64,000 nucleotides of DNA from Eledone cirrhosa. Taxonomy: Eukaryota. The notes below the pieces were generated by a model, which made no database searches, was not told the DNA's origin, and saw only the letters and a program-made list of their open reading frames with translations. Within the stretch, counting starts at the first letter, position 1. The number at the start of each line of letters is the position of its first letter. The stretch lies in the NCBI GenBank assembly GCA_964016885.1, contig OZ024754.1, forward strand, positions 31,000,001 through 31,064,000. The letters run 5' to 3'. Positions 1 to 11,922 of the stretch are shown here, piece by piece. The translations under genes and the position numbers were made by a program.

Positions 1-408
1 AGGCTGTATTAGAACTGGTCATCTTTACAGTTAAATAGGACCAGACTGTATTAGAACTGGTCATCTTTACAGTTAAATGGGACCAGACTGTATTAGAACT
101 GGTCATCTTTACAGTTAAATAGGACCAGACTGTATTAGAACTGGTCATCTTTACAGTTAAATAGGACCAGACTGTATTAGAACTGGTCATCTTTACAGTT
201 AAATAGGACCAGACTGAATCTGAACTTATCATCTATACAGTTAAATAGGACCAGACTGTATTAGAACTGGTCATCTTTACAGTTAAATAGGACCAGACTG
301 AATCTGAACTTATCATCTATACAGTTAAATAGGACCAGACTGTATTAGAACTGGTCATCTTTACAGTTAAATAGGACCAGACTGAATCTGAACTTATCAT
401 CTATACAG
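1..408. repeat. 42-bp minisatellite (GACCAGACTGTATTAGAACTGGTCATCTTTACAGTTAAATAG), about 10 copies, two unit variants, cut by the window start
   Basis: CTGTATTAGAACTGG recurs at 4 and 46 (period 42); a variant unit ACTGAATCTGAACTTATCATCTATACAG is interspersed. Confidence 0.95.
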
Positions 409-565
409 TGTATATTTACAATATTTATATCTTCACAGTGTTTTAATAAGTATCCTCAGTTCCTCATGTTGTGTTGCAGTTGTTTTATTACTAAATACTT
501 TTATCAGTTTTTAAAATATATTTCTAGCATTTTACTAAAGGTTATTTTATTTTCATTTATTTCAG

Positions 566-632
566 GATTGGAATTTTTAAGATTTAACTAACTCTGGGTT
601 ACACCTTTATCACACACATTCTTTTAACTCAG
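566..632 (+). other. Candidate non-coding (UTR or lncRNA) exon
   Basis: T-rich acceptor TTTTATTTTCATTTATTTCAG| and donor CAG|GTAAGA; stop codons in all three frames. Confidence 0.4.
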
Positions 633-909
633 GTAAGATATTACTATTTTAATGTTATTTCTATCTTTTTGTATCTCTTCATATGCAGCAGGAGTTTCCA
701 ACATTTCCACTAAAAAGGACCTCTTTTATTTAAAAGAATTTTCCGATGGAGACCCAGTTACAACTACTCCATTTCTAGATTGTTATGCAGTGAAAATAAT
801 AATTAAAAAGAAGAAATCTTTATACCCAATAGTGTGTGTATATTTTGGTTTTAACAAATTTTTTTACATTTCTATATAGTGAGAATAACAATCCAAAGAG
901 AGAAATCTG

Positions 910-1108
910 TTTATATTTACTGACGAATGGATATCTAATAGTGTTTATATATTGCGTGTGTGTATATATTTACTGAAGAATAGATATCTAATAGTGTATA
1001 TATATTGTGTCTATATATTTACTGAAGAATAGATATCTAATAGTGTATATATATTGTGTGTATATATTTACTGAAGAATAGATATCTAATAGTATATATA
1101 TATTGTGT
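910..1108. repeat. About 50-bp tandem repeat, 4 copies
   Basis: ATATTTACTGAAGAATAGATATCTAATAGTGTATATATATTGTG repeated. Confidence 0.9.
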
Positions 1109-1384
1109 TTTTAACAATAAGTTTGAAATTTTGATTTTAGTTCACTAATCCCCAATAGTCCCTTTGTAGACCCCAGGCTAGGAACTGATGATATACAATT
1201 ACATTCTTAATATACAAGTGGTGGCACTGGGGCAGGATGCTGTCAGCCAGCAGGGTGCTGCAGTCAGTGAACACACAATATTTAAAGGGCTCCAAATTAT
1301 GTTTCCACTACCATAAATGATATGCATGGGACCCCTATAAAGTTTTCACCCAGAAACTCCATGCAAGCTTAATCCACCCCTATA

Positions 1385-1885
1385 TAGAGGTACACTCTCC
1401 ATATACAGGTACACTCTACATATACAGGTACACTCATCATATAATGGTACTCTCTATATACAGGTACACTCTCCATATACAGGTACACTCTCCACATACA
1501 GGTACCCACTACATATACAGGTTCACACTCTCCATATACAGGTACACTCTCCACATACAGGTACACTCTATATATACAGGTACACACTACATATACAGGT
1601 ACACTCTCCACATACAGGTACACACTCTACATATACAGGTACACACTCCATATACAGGTTCACACTCTACATATACAGGTACACTCTCCATATACAGGTA
1701 CACTCCATATACAGGTACACTCTCCACATACAGGTACACTCTACATATACAGGTACACACTCTACAAACAGGTACACACTCCATATACAGGTACACACTC
1801 TACATATACAGGTACACTCCATATACAGGTACACTCTATATACAGGTTCACACTCTCCATATACAGGTACACTCTCCATATACAG
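1385..1885. repeat. Variable 17-23-bp minisatellite (ATATACAGGTACACTCTCC)
   Basis: Direct tandem repeats; these explain the overlapping ORFs at 1369-1935. Confidence 0.95.
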
Positions 1886-1996
1886 ATGTTATTAAGTCGG
1901 AAGCCACAAGGATTGATATTTTACTCAGGTTTTGACAGTATTTAGTGAATAAAATGTAAATTACACCCACCTGGATAAATTACCTGTCTCTTTCAG

Positions 1997-2034
1997 ACAA
2001 AATTACCAACCCATGTGTCACCAAATTTGTGACA
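1997..2034 (+). other. Candidate 38-nt exon
   Basis: Acceptor CCTGTCTCTTTCAG| and donor |GTAAGT; reads KITNPCVTKFVT or contains ATG-CHQICD. Confidence 0.35.
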
Positions 2035-2182
2035 GTAAGTTAAAACTGATTGTTTATTTATTTATTTTATTGTTTTACTTGTTATATGTGGAGGAAGGTT
2101 CAGTGCCCATGGTCTTCACAGACCCTCCAAGACTTAAGGAATTGATGCATTGTTTCCAGTGGAGACCTTTAGAAATATACAT

Positions 2183-2755
2183 ATCATCACCATCATCACT
2201 GTTTTGCGTCCATTTTTCCACTCTAGCATGGGTTAGACGAGTTGTCCTGTTGTGGGCAATATTAGGTCAGGTGACCATGTCTTGCTCATACAGAACTGAT
2301 TTGGGCTTGGTTTCTACAGCTGGATACCCTTCCTAATGCCAACCTCATTTACAGTGAGTACTGGGTGCTTTTTGTCGTGACACCTACTGACCACTTTACA
2401 GTGAGTACTGGGTGCTTTTTGTTGTGATACCTACATGACCACTTTACAGTGAGTACTGGGTGCTTTTTGTCGTGACACCTACATGACCACTTTACAGTGA
2501 GTACTGGGTGCTTTTTGTCGTGACACCTACATAACCACTTTACAGTGAGTACTGGGTGCTTTTTGTCGTGACACCTACATGACCACTTTACAGTGAGTAC
2601 TGGGTGCTTTTTGTTGTGATACCTACATGACCACTTTACAGTGAGTACTGGGTGCTTTTTGTCATGACACCTACATGACCACTTTACAGTGAGTACTGGG
2701 TGCTTTTTACCATGTCACCCTCACAACCCCTTTACAGTGTGGGCTGGGGGCTTCA
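2183..2755 (-). mobile_element. RTE-type LINE/SINE 3' tail with an internal 48-bp minisatellite (about 8 copies)
   Basis: Degenerate (CAT)n tail, CTAGCATGGGTTAGACG, TTTCTACAGCTGGATACCCTTCCTAA, then tandem CCACTTTACAGTGAGTACTGGGTGCTTTTTGTCGTGACACCTACATGA. Confidence 0.8.
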
Positions 2756-3129
2756 CTGGATGTATATTTCAGCCTTTATATATGTATATATAAAGTACTT
2801 AATAATACTTAGAAACAAGATGGCATATCTTCAGTAGGTTTATGTGCCTCACTATTTAAATATTTTTGCTATATTTTCATTGAGATGTCCCATATATTTA
2901 GTGGCAAGTTTTTTTTTCCTTTTTCTCTGTTTGATATATATATATATATATAGTGAGTTGTGTAGTTTTATTAGTAGGGCATGCAGTTCAGAGCAAGGTA
3001 AGATGAGTAAGCTATAGGGAGCTGAGAGGGAGAATCTAGAATATAATAAAATACAATAAACAAGATAAAACTTGTTTAAAAATGGTGTAAATTTTGTGAT
3101 TTATTGTTTGTGAAGGATGAGTGTGTGAG

Positions 3130-3181
<52 letters not shown>

Positions 3182-3233
3182 AGTAAGAATATTTTCGAAA
3201 CAGCGAGTGGGTTTGAAATTATTAGAAATGTAA

Positions 3234-3516
3234 GCTATCGCCATATTTTGACTAAAGAAATTTGTAGCAGGAGTTGCATTTCACTATAAATTAAAGAAAT
3301 TATTTAGCCTGATAGTGGGGTTAAGAACCCTCGGAGAAATGAATATTGACATATGTGTTGGTGTAAATGGTAGCACAGTGGTCCGGATAACCAAAGATGT
3401 GGGTTCGACTCCCATGTACGTCGATATTCATCTTTTTCCATTTCTCCGAGGGTTCTTAACCCCACTATCAGGCTAAATAATTTCTTTAATTTCTTTAGTC
3501 AAAATACGGCGATAGC
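3234..3516. mobile_element. Fold-back element with long inverted repeats, flanked by (TA)n
   Basis: Perfect 54-bp arms at 3288-3341 and 3439-3492, plus outer arms GCTATCGCCATATTTTGACTAAAGAAAT / ATTTCTTTAGTCAAAATACGGCGATAGC. Confidence 0.8.
3348..3423 (+). pseudogene. tRNA-like sequence (cloverleaf-like, GGA at the anticodon position) inside the fold-back
   Basis: A box TGGTGTAAATGG, B box GGTTCGACTCC, D stem GTGT/GCAC, anticodon stem TGGT/ACCA, T stem GTGGG/CCCAT, acceptor GACATAT/GTACGTC, T5 run at 3433-3437; non-canonical spacing. Confidence 0.6.
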
Positions 3517-3934
<418 letters not shown>

Positions 3935-3959
3935 GTATGTATATATATATATATATGTG

Positions 3960-4046
3960 GAGAAGTTCTATTTAAATTGTTGGGATACAACAAGCAAATA
4001 TTTTTATAACTGATATAAAGCACTCAACAAATTATTGGAGTAAACC
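3960..4046 (-). mobile_element. Fragment of the hammerhead-bearing (TA)n-associated element (family H)
   Basis: AAGTTCTATTTAAATTGTTGGGATACAACAAGCAAATATTTTTATAACTGATATAAAGC shared with 21076-21160, 37705-37790 and 60380-60465. Confidence 0.7.
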
Positions 4047-4219
4047 ACTATATATATATAGAACACTGGGAGGTTATAGCCTAGTAAATAGAGCACTCAG
4101 TCCATAGGATGAGTTTGGTATAAAGTTGGTTCTACAACATATTAGCAAACCAACTCCAGTTGAAAATCTGTTAGGTGAAACACGTGTCCGCGAAGATAGT
4201 TTGCTAATATAATAAAATA

Positions 4220-4410
4220 ATAATAATAATAATGAAATTATTGTGTAAAGTGCTCAGGTGCACTACAACTCGTCAAAGGTGTATGTATAGTACATAGAAT
4301 AATACACAAATGTCAGGGAAGTACATGTGTGTATGTGTTAGCTGTAGTGTTGGCGGATCTCGGGAAGCATGGAGGCCTTAAAGGATGCAGTGTCTCGACA
4401 GCTAACAATA
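4220..4410 (-). mobile_element. CR1/L2-like LINE 3' end
   Basis: AATAATGAAATTATTG...GTGCTCAGGTGCACTACAACTC shared with 60870-61185 and, inverted, with 17330-17615. Confidence 0.6.
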
Positions 4411-5109
4411 TGTTGTGGAACTAACTATATATATATATATTAGAAAATAGAATACTTACTTGATATATATATATATATATATATACATATATATAAAACG
4501 AAGAGGATCAAAGTCTTTATATTAATACTAAAAATTTGTGAAATGATCTGACCACTAGTAATGATACTAAAAAAGTTTGAATTAACAAACCTATTTTTAG
4601 ATAAAGATATTTTCTGCTAATCTTAACATCACAGGATGTTAAGAGTTAAAATATGGTGACATTAATCACTGGATTGTTTAAAGAAATTAGTAAAATATGT
4701 AAGTGGCTATTTTTGTTTAGCTCCACCATCATTGCCAATGTTGGAAAAATGCAGTGTAATGATGGTGGGTTTCTTATAGAAAATATCTGACCACTGACTT
4801 TGTACCAAGTCAACCATTACAAGTGTCTATCAGTAGAGTTAATGATAGTTATTTGTGGTTCAGAAATATCCTCAAACTGACTTACAGCTATGTTCAAATA
4901 TCTGTCTAGTTTTAATCTAACATATCTTTCTCACTTAAAAACATCAACTTAGTGGCTGACTCATTTACAGAACATTTGCCTCATTACACCTGGAATAGCA
5001 GAGAAGGGAGTGAGAGAGAAGGGGTGGTGGGTAGGTTAATGAGAGAGGGTGTGAGGGAGAGAGAAACAGAGAAAGAAAGAGACAGACAGACAGGATTCCA
5101 GTGCTTGCA

Positions 5110-5635
5110 GAGCGGTGATGGTGGTTGTGGTGGTGGTGGTGGTGGTGGTGGTGGTGGTAGAGGTTGTAGTGGTGATAGTAGTAGTGGTGGCAGTGATGCT
5201 GTTGTCGGTGGTAGTAGTGGTGGCAGTGGTGGTGTTGTTGGTGGTGGTAGTGGTAAGTGTGGTGGTAATGATGGTGGTGATGGTGGTGGTGGTGGTGGTG
5301 GTGGTGATGATGGTAGCTGTGGTAGTAGAGGCAAGTGTGGTGGTAGTGATGGTGGTGGTGGTGGTGGTGGTGGTGGTGGTGGTGGTGGTGGTGATGGTAG
5401 CTGTGGTAGTAGAGGCAAGTGTGGTGGTAGTGATGGTGGTGGTGGTGGTGATGGTAGCTGTGGTAGTAGAGGCAAGTGTGGTGGTAGTGGTGGTGGTGGT
5501 GATGGAAGTAGTTGTCATAGTCATAGCAGCAGTGGTTGTGGTGGTGGTGGTGGTGATGGTAGCTGTGGTAGTAGTGGCAAGTGTGGTGGTAGTGATGGTG
5601 GTGGTAATGGTGGTAGCAGTGGTGGTGGTGGTGTA
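5110..5635. repeat. (GGT)n-based compound microsatellite with higher-order units
   Basis: GGT/GAT/AGT triplets; GATGGTAGCTGTGGTAGTAGAGGCAAGTGT recurs. Confidence 0.95.
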
Positions 5636-6234
5636 GGTCATTGGTCATTTTGCTAAAATTAGGGTTGATAATAGCTGGAAGCTATTGTTTATTTTATTTC
5701 CAGTTTTTACCCTATAATTATGGCCCATCTAGAGTGGCATTGTATACACAAACACATACACATATACATACACATACATACATATACACACACCTTGACA
5801 GGATGGGGTGACCCTCTTGCTGCATACATTGCATACACATGCATACATACACACACATACATGTACACATGCATATACACACATTCACACATGCACACAC
5901 ACATACAGACACACACATGCACGTTGACAGGATGTCGTCACCCTCTCACTACTTATACACACATACACAAACATGCACACATACACACACACCTACACAC
6001 ATACACACACATGCACACACATGCACACATACACACACACATGCACACACATACACACACACTACCACCACCACCACCACCGCTACCATCACCTGATTAG
6101 ATTTGGTTACCCTCTCAGTATATACTTTGTACACAAGCCAAGTTATTACATTTTATCAGGGTTTCTACAGCTGGATACCCTTCTTGATACTAACCATTTT
6201 ATGCCTTTGCCATTCTGTCTGCAGAATAACAAAG

Positions 6235-6590
6235 GCATAAAAAGTGTCTTTGGAGTAACGTTACTCAATAGATTATGTAGCTCGGAGATCAGAGACTTGC
6301 TCCAGGGAGAGCCACTACATCTCCGAATCGAGAGATCACAGCTTTGATATTACAGACATCTGGTTAGAATATTTCAGGAAAGAATTGCTGGACATATTTT
6401 ATGGGCCAAACCAACCGGCAAGAGACCCTGGAGTAGATCTTGAACAAGATGGTTGGAAAACATCCATGAGCTCAGCTGGTTTCACTTGGGGATCCAGCCT
6501 GATCAATTGGAAATAGTTGATTCTAATAGGACTCACTGAAAGGACCCTGCCTCCATGACCCTCTCAGAAATATGTGAATGAAGAAGGGTC
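6235..6590 (+). mobile_element. RTE-clade LINE C-terminal fragment (decayed)
   Basis: Translates GVTLLNRLCSSEIRDLLQGEPLHLRIERSQL*YYRHLVR...PTGKRP..RW, the typical post-RT region of RTE elements. Confidence 0.75.
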
Positions 6591-6627
6591 AAAGAAGTTT
6601 TACTTTTTCTTTTAATTGTCAAGATAT

Positions 6628-7520
6628 TCATCATCATCATCATCATCGTTTAAAGTCTATCTTCCACACTAGCATGGGTTAGACAGGTTTGTCCCACTTG
6701 AGGCAAGTTGGGTCGGGTGACCGTGTCTCGCTCGTATAGGACTGTTTCTGGCTGGTTTTCTACAGCTGGATACCCTTCCTAACGCCAACTACATTTACAG
6801 TGTGGACTGGGTTATTTTTGCCGAGTCTCCTACACGACCACTTTACAGTGTGGACTGGGTGCTTTTTGTTGTGACTCCGACTCGACCACTTTACAGTGTG
6901 GGCTGGATGTTTTGTAGTACCAACATAACTTTACAGAGAAAGGGTGGTGTGGGTGGAAGTGGGAGGAAGGTGTAGGTGATGTGGGTGTATATTGGATTAA
7001 GAGGTGCCTACTGAGTGTGGGTTTAAGTTTGTACGCAAGAGAAGGCGGGTCTTCTCTATTACTGCATAGCTAATGCCAAAGATCTCAATCCTGTGTCATT
7101 GTCTTAGAGAGGTGCAAGTGTGCAAGGTCAACTTCTATCACCTCATCCCAGGTCTTTCTGGGTTTACCTACTCTGTAGCTTCCATCAATTTTGATCACCC
7201 TGCACTTTTACAGTTGTCATCCTTCATACGCATCACATGACCATGCCAATGTAATCTCCTTTCTAGTAAACTGCATCTGATCCCTCTCATGCTTAATTTT
7301 TCACTTAGTTTGTTTACGCTTTGCCGTTTGTATATATTAATTACTATTACACATCCATCGGAGCATGCAAGCTTCGTTCCTTTCCAATCTGCACGGACCC
7401 GCTGCACACAGTGCCCAGCTCTCACTACCATGTAACATTGCTGTTCGTAGACAAGCATCATACAATCTGCCTTTCATTTTTAGAGAGAAACCTTTTGTGG
7501 CCAACAATGGTATTAGCTCT
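6628..7520 (-). mobile_element. RTE-clade LINE 3' portion with 3' UTR and (ATG)n tail
   Basis: Minus-strand ORF ...LERRLHWHGHVMRMKDDNCK..., GRPRKTWDE motif, (CAT)n at the left end. Confidence 0.85.
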
Positions 7521-7559
7521 GTTAGGGCTGGTTGCTATGCGCTGTTCAAATTCAAGCAC

Positions 7560-8480
7560 TGCCCTTTTTGTCACCTGCTTGAGATGGTTAGATGATTTAT
7601 TGCCCATTTTTCTATTGATATTTGATTTATGCAGTTTGTATTCCCATTCAGCATTACAACCTTCTTTCCTGGCAAGTCTGAGTGCTGCAATCCCCCAAAT
7701 CGCACTTTTGGGATGTTTTTTGTGTTTACGTGGTACTGATGCTGCACATGTTGTCCACATTGAGTTCAGGATGTTCTGAAGTATAGTGTTCACAGAGTCA
7801 TAAAATTCAAGCCAGTTTGGGCGTTGTAGCTCAATGTAGTAAGAGTTCCAGTCTGCTTTATTCCAGTCAAAGCGAGCAGTTTGAAGATGACTGTGGTATT
7901 TGTTACTGCCCATAAGAGACAGATTGGCAATGATCATAGCATGATCAGAATCACCTAAAGGTTCCTCAGTAATAACACTAATAACCGTTTCAGGGGTCGT
8001 GGTAGAGTAGATCCAAAGTGTTGTCACCTCTTGTTGGGGAAGTAACTACTTGGCACTAGTTCAAGTCCAGCACTAACTCAAGGAAATCATTTGCACTTTG
8101 CAGCCAATGAAAGGTTTCCCAATCAATCTCAGGGTGATTGAAGTTTGCAATAAAAACATAAGTGGCTGTTTTCCTGGCTGCCTGCAGCTCTGAGGATATC
8201 ACAAAGCTGTGTGTCCTGGTGGTAATGGGGGGGGGGGGGGGGGGGGCAGTAAACAACTCTGAGTAGAAGTGTTGACATGGTCATATGTATATTGCAGAAA
8301 AATACCTCTTGTTGTGATTGGTTCAAATCAACGCAAGAAATTGCTGAAAAGTTTAAACGAATGTCGACCATCACACTACCACCACAATTAATGCAGTCTT
8401 TACGAAACAAGTTGTAACCAGCTATACTGAAAACCCCATCACAGCGTAAGGAATCTTTTGACGTAAGAATCAAAAAGATG
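7560..8480 (-). mobile_element. CR1/L2-like LINE AP-endonuclease region (frameshifted)
   Basis: Motifs IAGYNLFRKD..GGSVMV, VYCPP, NFNHPEIDWET and LGDSDHAMI in successive minus-strand ORFs. Confidence 0.8.
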
Positions 8481-8779
8481 TATTTTGTTGCATAAACTAC
8501 GAGTATTTAAGGACAACAATTTGTACCTTGATTTCAGTTTATGATGATGTGTAGGGGATGGCAGGTTGTTCTGATTTAGTTTCCCACAGTTTTTTTCATT
8601 GTTAGCTATTGTGGGTACAGTGTGTTCAGACCAGCTGGTATCTCTTTTCTATGTTTCACCAGCCTTAATAAACTTCCATATCTGCCCATCATCACGTAGG
8701 CTGATGTGTGCGTGTATGTGTGTGTGATGGCATATATCTGTGTACTTAAATGTAACCATGAGTTTATGAATGTATATAA

Positions 8780-9275
8780 CATTGCAGGGTGAACTGAGTG
8801 CTTTTTCTCATGTCAGCAGCCCTACCACATTGCAGAATAAACTGGGTGCATTTTGTCATGGCACGAGTACTATCACTTTACAGGGTGGACTGGGTGTTTT
8901 TGTCATGGCACCAGTATTATCACTTTACAGGGTGGACTGGGTGTTTTTGTCATGGCATTAATACAACCACCTTACATGGTGGACTGGGTGTTTTTGTCAT
9001 GGCACCAGTATTATCACTTTACAGGGTGGACTGGGTGTTTTTGTCATGGCATTAATACAACCACCTTACATGGTGGACTGGGTGTTTTTGTCATGGCACC
9101 AGTATTATCACTTTACAGGGTGGACTGGGTGTTTTTGTCATGGCATTAATACAACCACCTTACATGGTGGACTGGGTGTTTTTGTCATGGCACCAGTATT
9201 ATCACTTTACAGGATGGACTGGGTGTTTTTATATGGCACCAGTACTATCACTTTACAGGGTGGACTGGGTGCAAC
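8780..9275. repeat. 47-bp minisatellite with alternating variants, related to the 48-bp RTE/SINE-tail unit
   Basis: CACTTTACAGGGTGGACTGGGTGTTTTTGTCATGGCACCAGTATTAT alternates with ...CATGGCATTAATACAACCACCTTACATGG. Confidence 0.9.
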
Positions 9276-9329
9276 TGGTGTCACTGATACTCAAAAGAAA
9301 GAGTTCTGGAAATGCTATCATGGTAGCTG

Positions 9330-9835
9330 AACTCAACCATCAGAGGGACCAGCTATTGATATTAACCAAAATAGTAATCAAGGAGATGAAAAATAATAAA
9401 GCTGCCAGTTTGCTAGAAGTAGGTGTTGAGGATGGTGAAATCTTGTGAAGAAGTAAGGGTCAAACTAGCCAGCCATATAATCTATGAGGTAATATATGAA
9501 GGAGCCATACCCAATGACTGCTGTAGTACTTTACTTATTAATTATTACAAGAAAGGAGCAACTGTAGGGGTATAAAACTGATGGATCAAGTTAGGAAAGA
9601 GAGATATAGTTTTAGCAAAACTAATTAGGGAAAGATTCACATTAGATGAGATGTAGTTTGGTTTTGTGCCAGGGAAGAGTATCCCAGATGCCCTCTTCCT
9701 AGTGAAACAACTACAAGAGAAGTTACTAGCTAAGAATAATTTGCTATATTTAGCTTTTGTTGATCTCGAGAAGGCCATAGATAGAGTAAAAATCTGCCAT
9801 CTGGTGGTCCATAAGGAAACTAGATGTAGAAAAAC
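9330..9835 (+). mobile_element. RTE LINE reverse transcriptase fragment (decayed)
   Basis: FGFVPGKSIPDALFLVKQLQEKLLAKNNLLYLAFVDLEKAIDRV, a non-LTR RT motif. Confidence 0.85.
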
Positions 9836-9964
9836 AGTTTGTGTGAGAAATATGTGTGTGTGTATGCATATATATGCATGTAAATATGTATGTATATATA
9901 TATATGTATATATAAATTAAGTATGCGAGAAATAAAATTCTAATTTCATTTATATATGTATATA

Positions 9965-10009
<45 letters not shown>

Positions 10010-10123
10010 ATCTTCTTTCTGCTATTTCAAGTGTTAAACTAATATATTCCTTCCATATACTGTACCATTTGTTTTGTTATTTCTGTTTGCCTTTACATAC
10101 ATGTGTATATATATATATATATG

Positions 10124-10174
10124 GGCTTCCTGATGATATCTCCCGAATAAAACAGTTGTAGTCCTGTAGAAGCC
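10124..10174 (+). ncRNA. Type I hammerhead-like motif, G12 lost (probably inactive), followed by a pLTR-like tail
   Basis: Stem I GGCTTC/GAAGCC, CTGATGA, stem III ACAG/CTGT with GTA triplet; AAAAC instead of GAAAC. Confidence 0.55.
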
Positions 10175-10453
10175 ATTTCTATATTAAATATTTATACTCT
10201 GCTATGTATTGAGTACCTTACTTACTGTGGTTACCCCCAAATCCCAACTAACAGAGTAATTCTGTGTAGTCAAATACGGCATAAGCACATTTTACTACCG
10301 AATTTTCAAATTCGCTAGCCATTTGTAAACAAACCCTGCTTTGTTTTCCCCATATATATCTAATATAGAAATGTTTCATTTGAATAGTCAAACAGAACTT
10401 AAAACGATAAGTTCTTGTTCTTAAATATGTCACTATCTATAGAACAACTTTTG

Positions 10454-10853
10454 TATTTTATCTGATGAGAGCGTAACAAAAAATGTTGGTACCCTTGAAA
10501 TCATCATCATCATCATCATTTCATTTTACGTCCGCTTTTCCCTGCTTGCAAGGGTGGGATGGGAACTGATTCTAACTTGATTTCTACAGCTGGATGCCCT
10601 TCCTAACACCAACCTCATTTACAGTGAGTGCTGGGTGCTTTTTTGCCGTGGCACCTACACGACCACTTTACAGTGGAATGATAGGGACTGGGGTCATTTC
10701 TACAGCTGATAAACTGGAGCAATGTGAAATAAAGTGTCTTGCTCAAGGAAACAACACATCACCTGGTCTGAGAATTGAACTCACAACCTTTCGATTGCAA
10801 GGCCAATGCTCTAACCACTAAGCCATGTGCCTCCAAATATATATAATAAAATA
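10454..10853 (+). ncRNA. Family H hammerhead split by a SINE insertion
   Basis: TATTTTAT-CTGATGA...GAAAT | SINE | AAATATATATA-ATAAAATA; AAAT is duplicated at 10498-10501 and 10835-10838. Confidence 0.65.
10502..10834 (-). mobile_element. tRNA-derived SINE family A (CORE-like body, RTE-like tail)
   Basis: Reverse complement of 21832-22183. Confidence 0.9.
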
Positions 10854-11074
10854 AATATGGTTTTATAAAGATAGTTTCCATTTATTAATATTAATGATAT
10901 AGATATATATATCTGTATGTTTGGATTTGCAAACACAAGGTAAACATACTTAATACCAAAGTAGAGCATAACAGTATATTTTTACTATATTACTCTGATT
11001 ACTCTCAATTGCTACTCTGAGTTTTGCAGATATCCCCCCTAACCACAATGAGTAATCTCACTAATACATACATA

Positions 11075-11657
11075 CATATGGTCACGTGATGCGCATGAAA
11101 GACGACAGCTGTATAAAAAAGTGCAGGGCGATAAAAATAGACGGTAGCCACGGACTAGGCAGACCCAGAAAAACCAGGGACGACTTGATAAATTCCGACC
11201 TCATACACTTACACCTCTCCAAGACAATGTCACTGGACCGAGATCTTTGGCGCTACAGAGTAATACAGAAGACCCGCCTTACCTAAGTGCAAAGTGAAAC
11301 CTACTACAGTCAGTAGGCACCTCTTAACAAAAATACATCCCCGTCCCACTACTCCCACCCCATCCACACCACCCCCTTCAATGTAAAGTTATGTTGGTAC
11401 CACAACATCCAGTCCGAAACAAATGAGGTCGTGTAGGTGTCACGACAAAAAAACACACAGTCCACGCGGTAATGTGGCCGTGTAGGTAACACGGTAAAAA
11501 CCTCCCAGTCCGCACTGTAAACGTGGTTGGTGTTAGGAAGGGCATCCAGCCGTAGAAAACCCGCCAGACGGTCCTATACGAGCAGGACAACCAATCTTGC
11601 CTCAAGTGGGAAAATTCTCGTCCAAACCCATGCAAGCGTGGAAGATGGACGTTAAAC

Positions 11658-11690
<33 letters not shown>
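11075..11690 (+). mobile_element. RTE LINE 3' end with 3' UTR and (GAT)n tail
   Basis: GHVMRMKDDSCIKKCRAIKIDGSHGLGRPRKT; GTTAGGAAGGGCATCCAGCCGTAGAAA; (GAT)n. Confidence 0.85.
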
Positions 11691-11875
11691 ACATACATAC
11701 ATACATACATACACACATGTGTGTATGTTAAATGATGTTGATAAAATATATATATATCTATATATAAAATATATATATATCTATATATCTAGGGGTTCTA
11801 ACGTCCAGTTAATGTAGGTTCACCAGAGTGAGCACTCGATGTGTTCACCAGAGTGAGCACTTGATACGTTTACAT

Positions 11876-11922
<47 letters not shown>

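Noticed and set aside
3348-3423. Functional tRNA-Ser(GGA)
   Set aside because: C33, extra bases before the D arm, an acceptor mismatch and no long variable arm
4952-5656. Gly-rich, His-rich, Pro-rich and Thr-rich ORFs (also 23534-24460, 48110-49502, 53499-56014)
   Set aside because: Open in several frames on both strands because they are trinucleotide microsatellites; no splice or homology evidence
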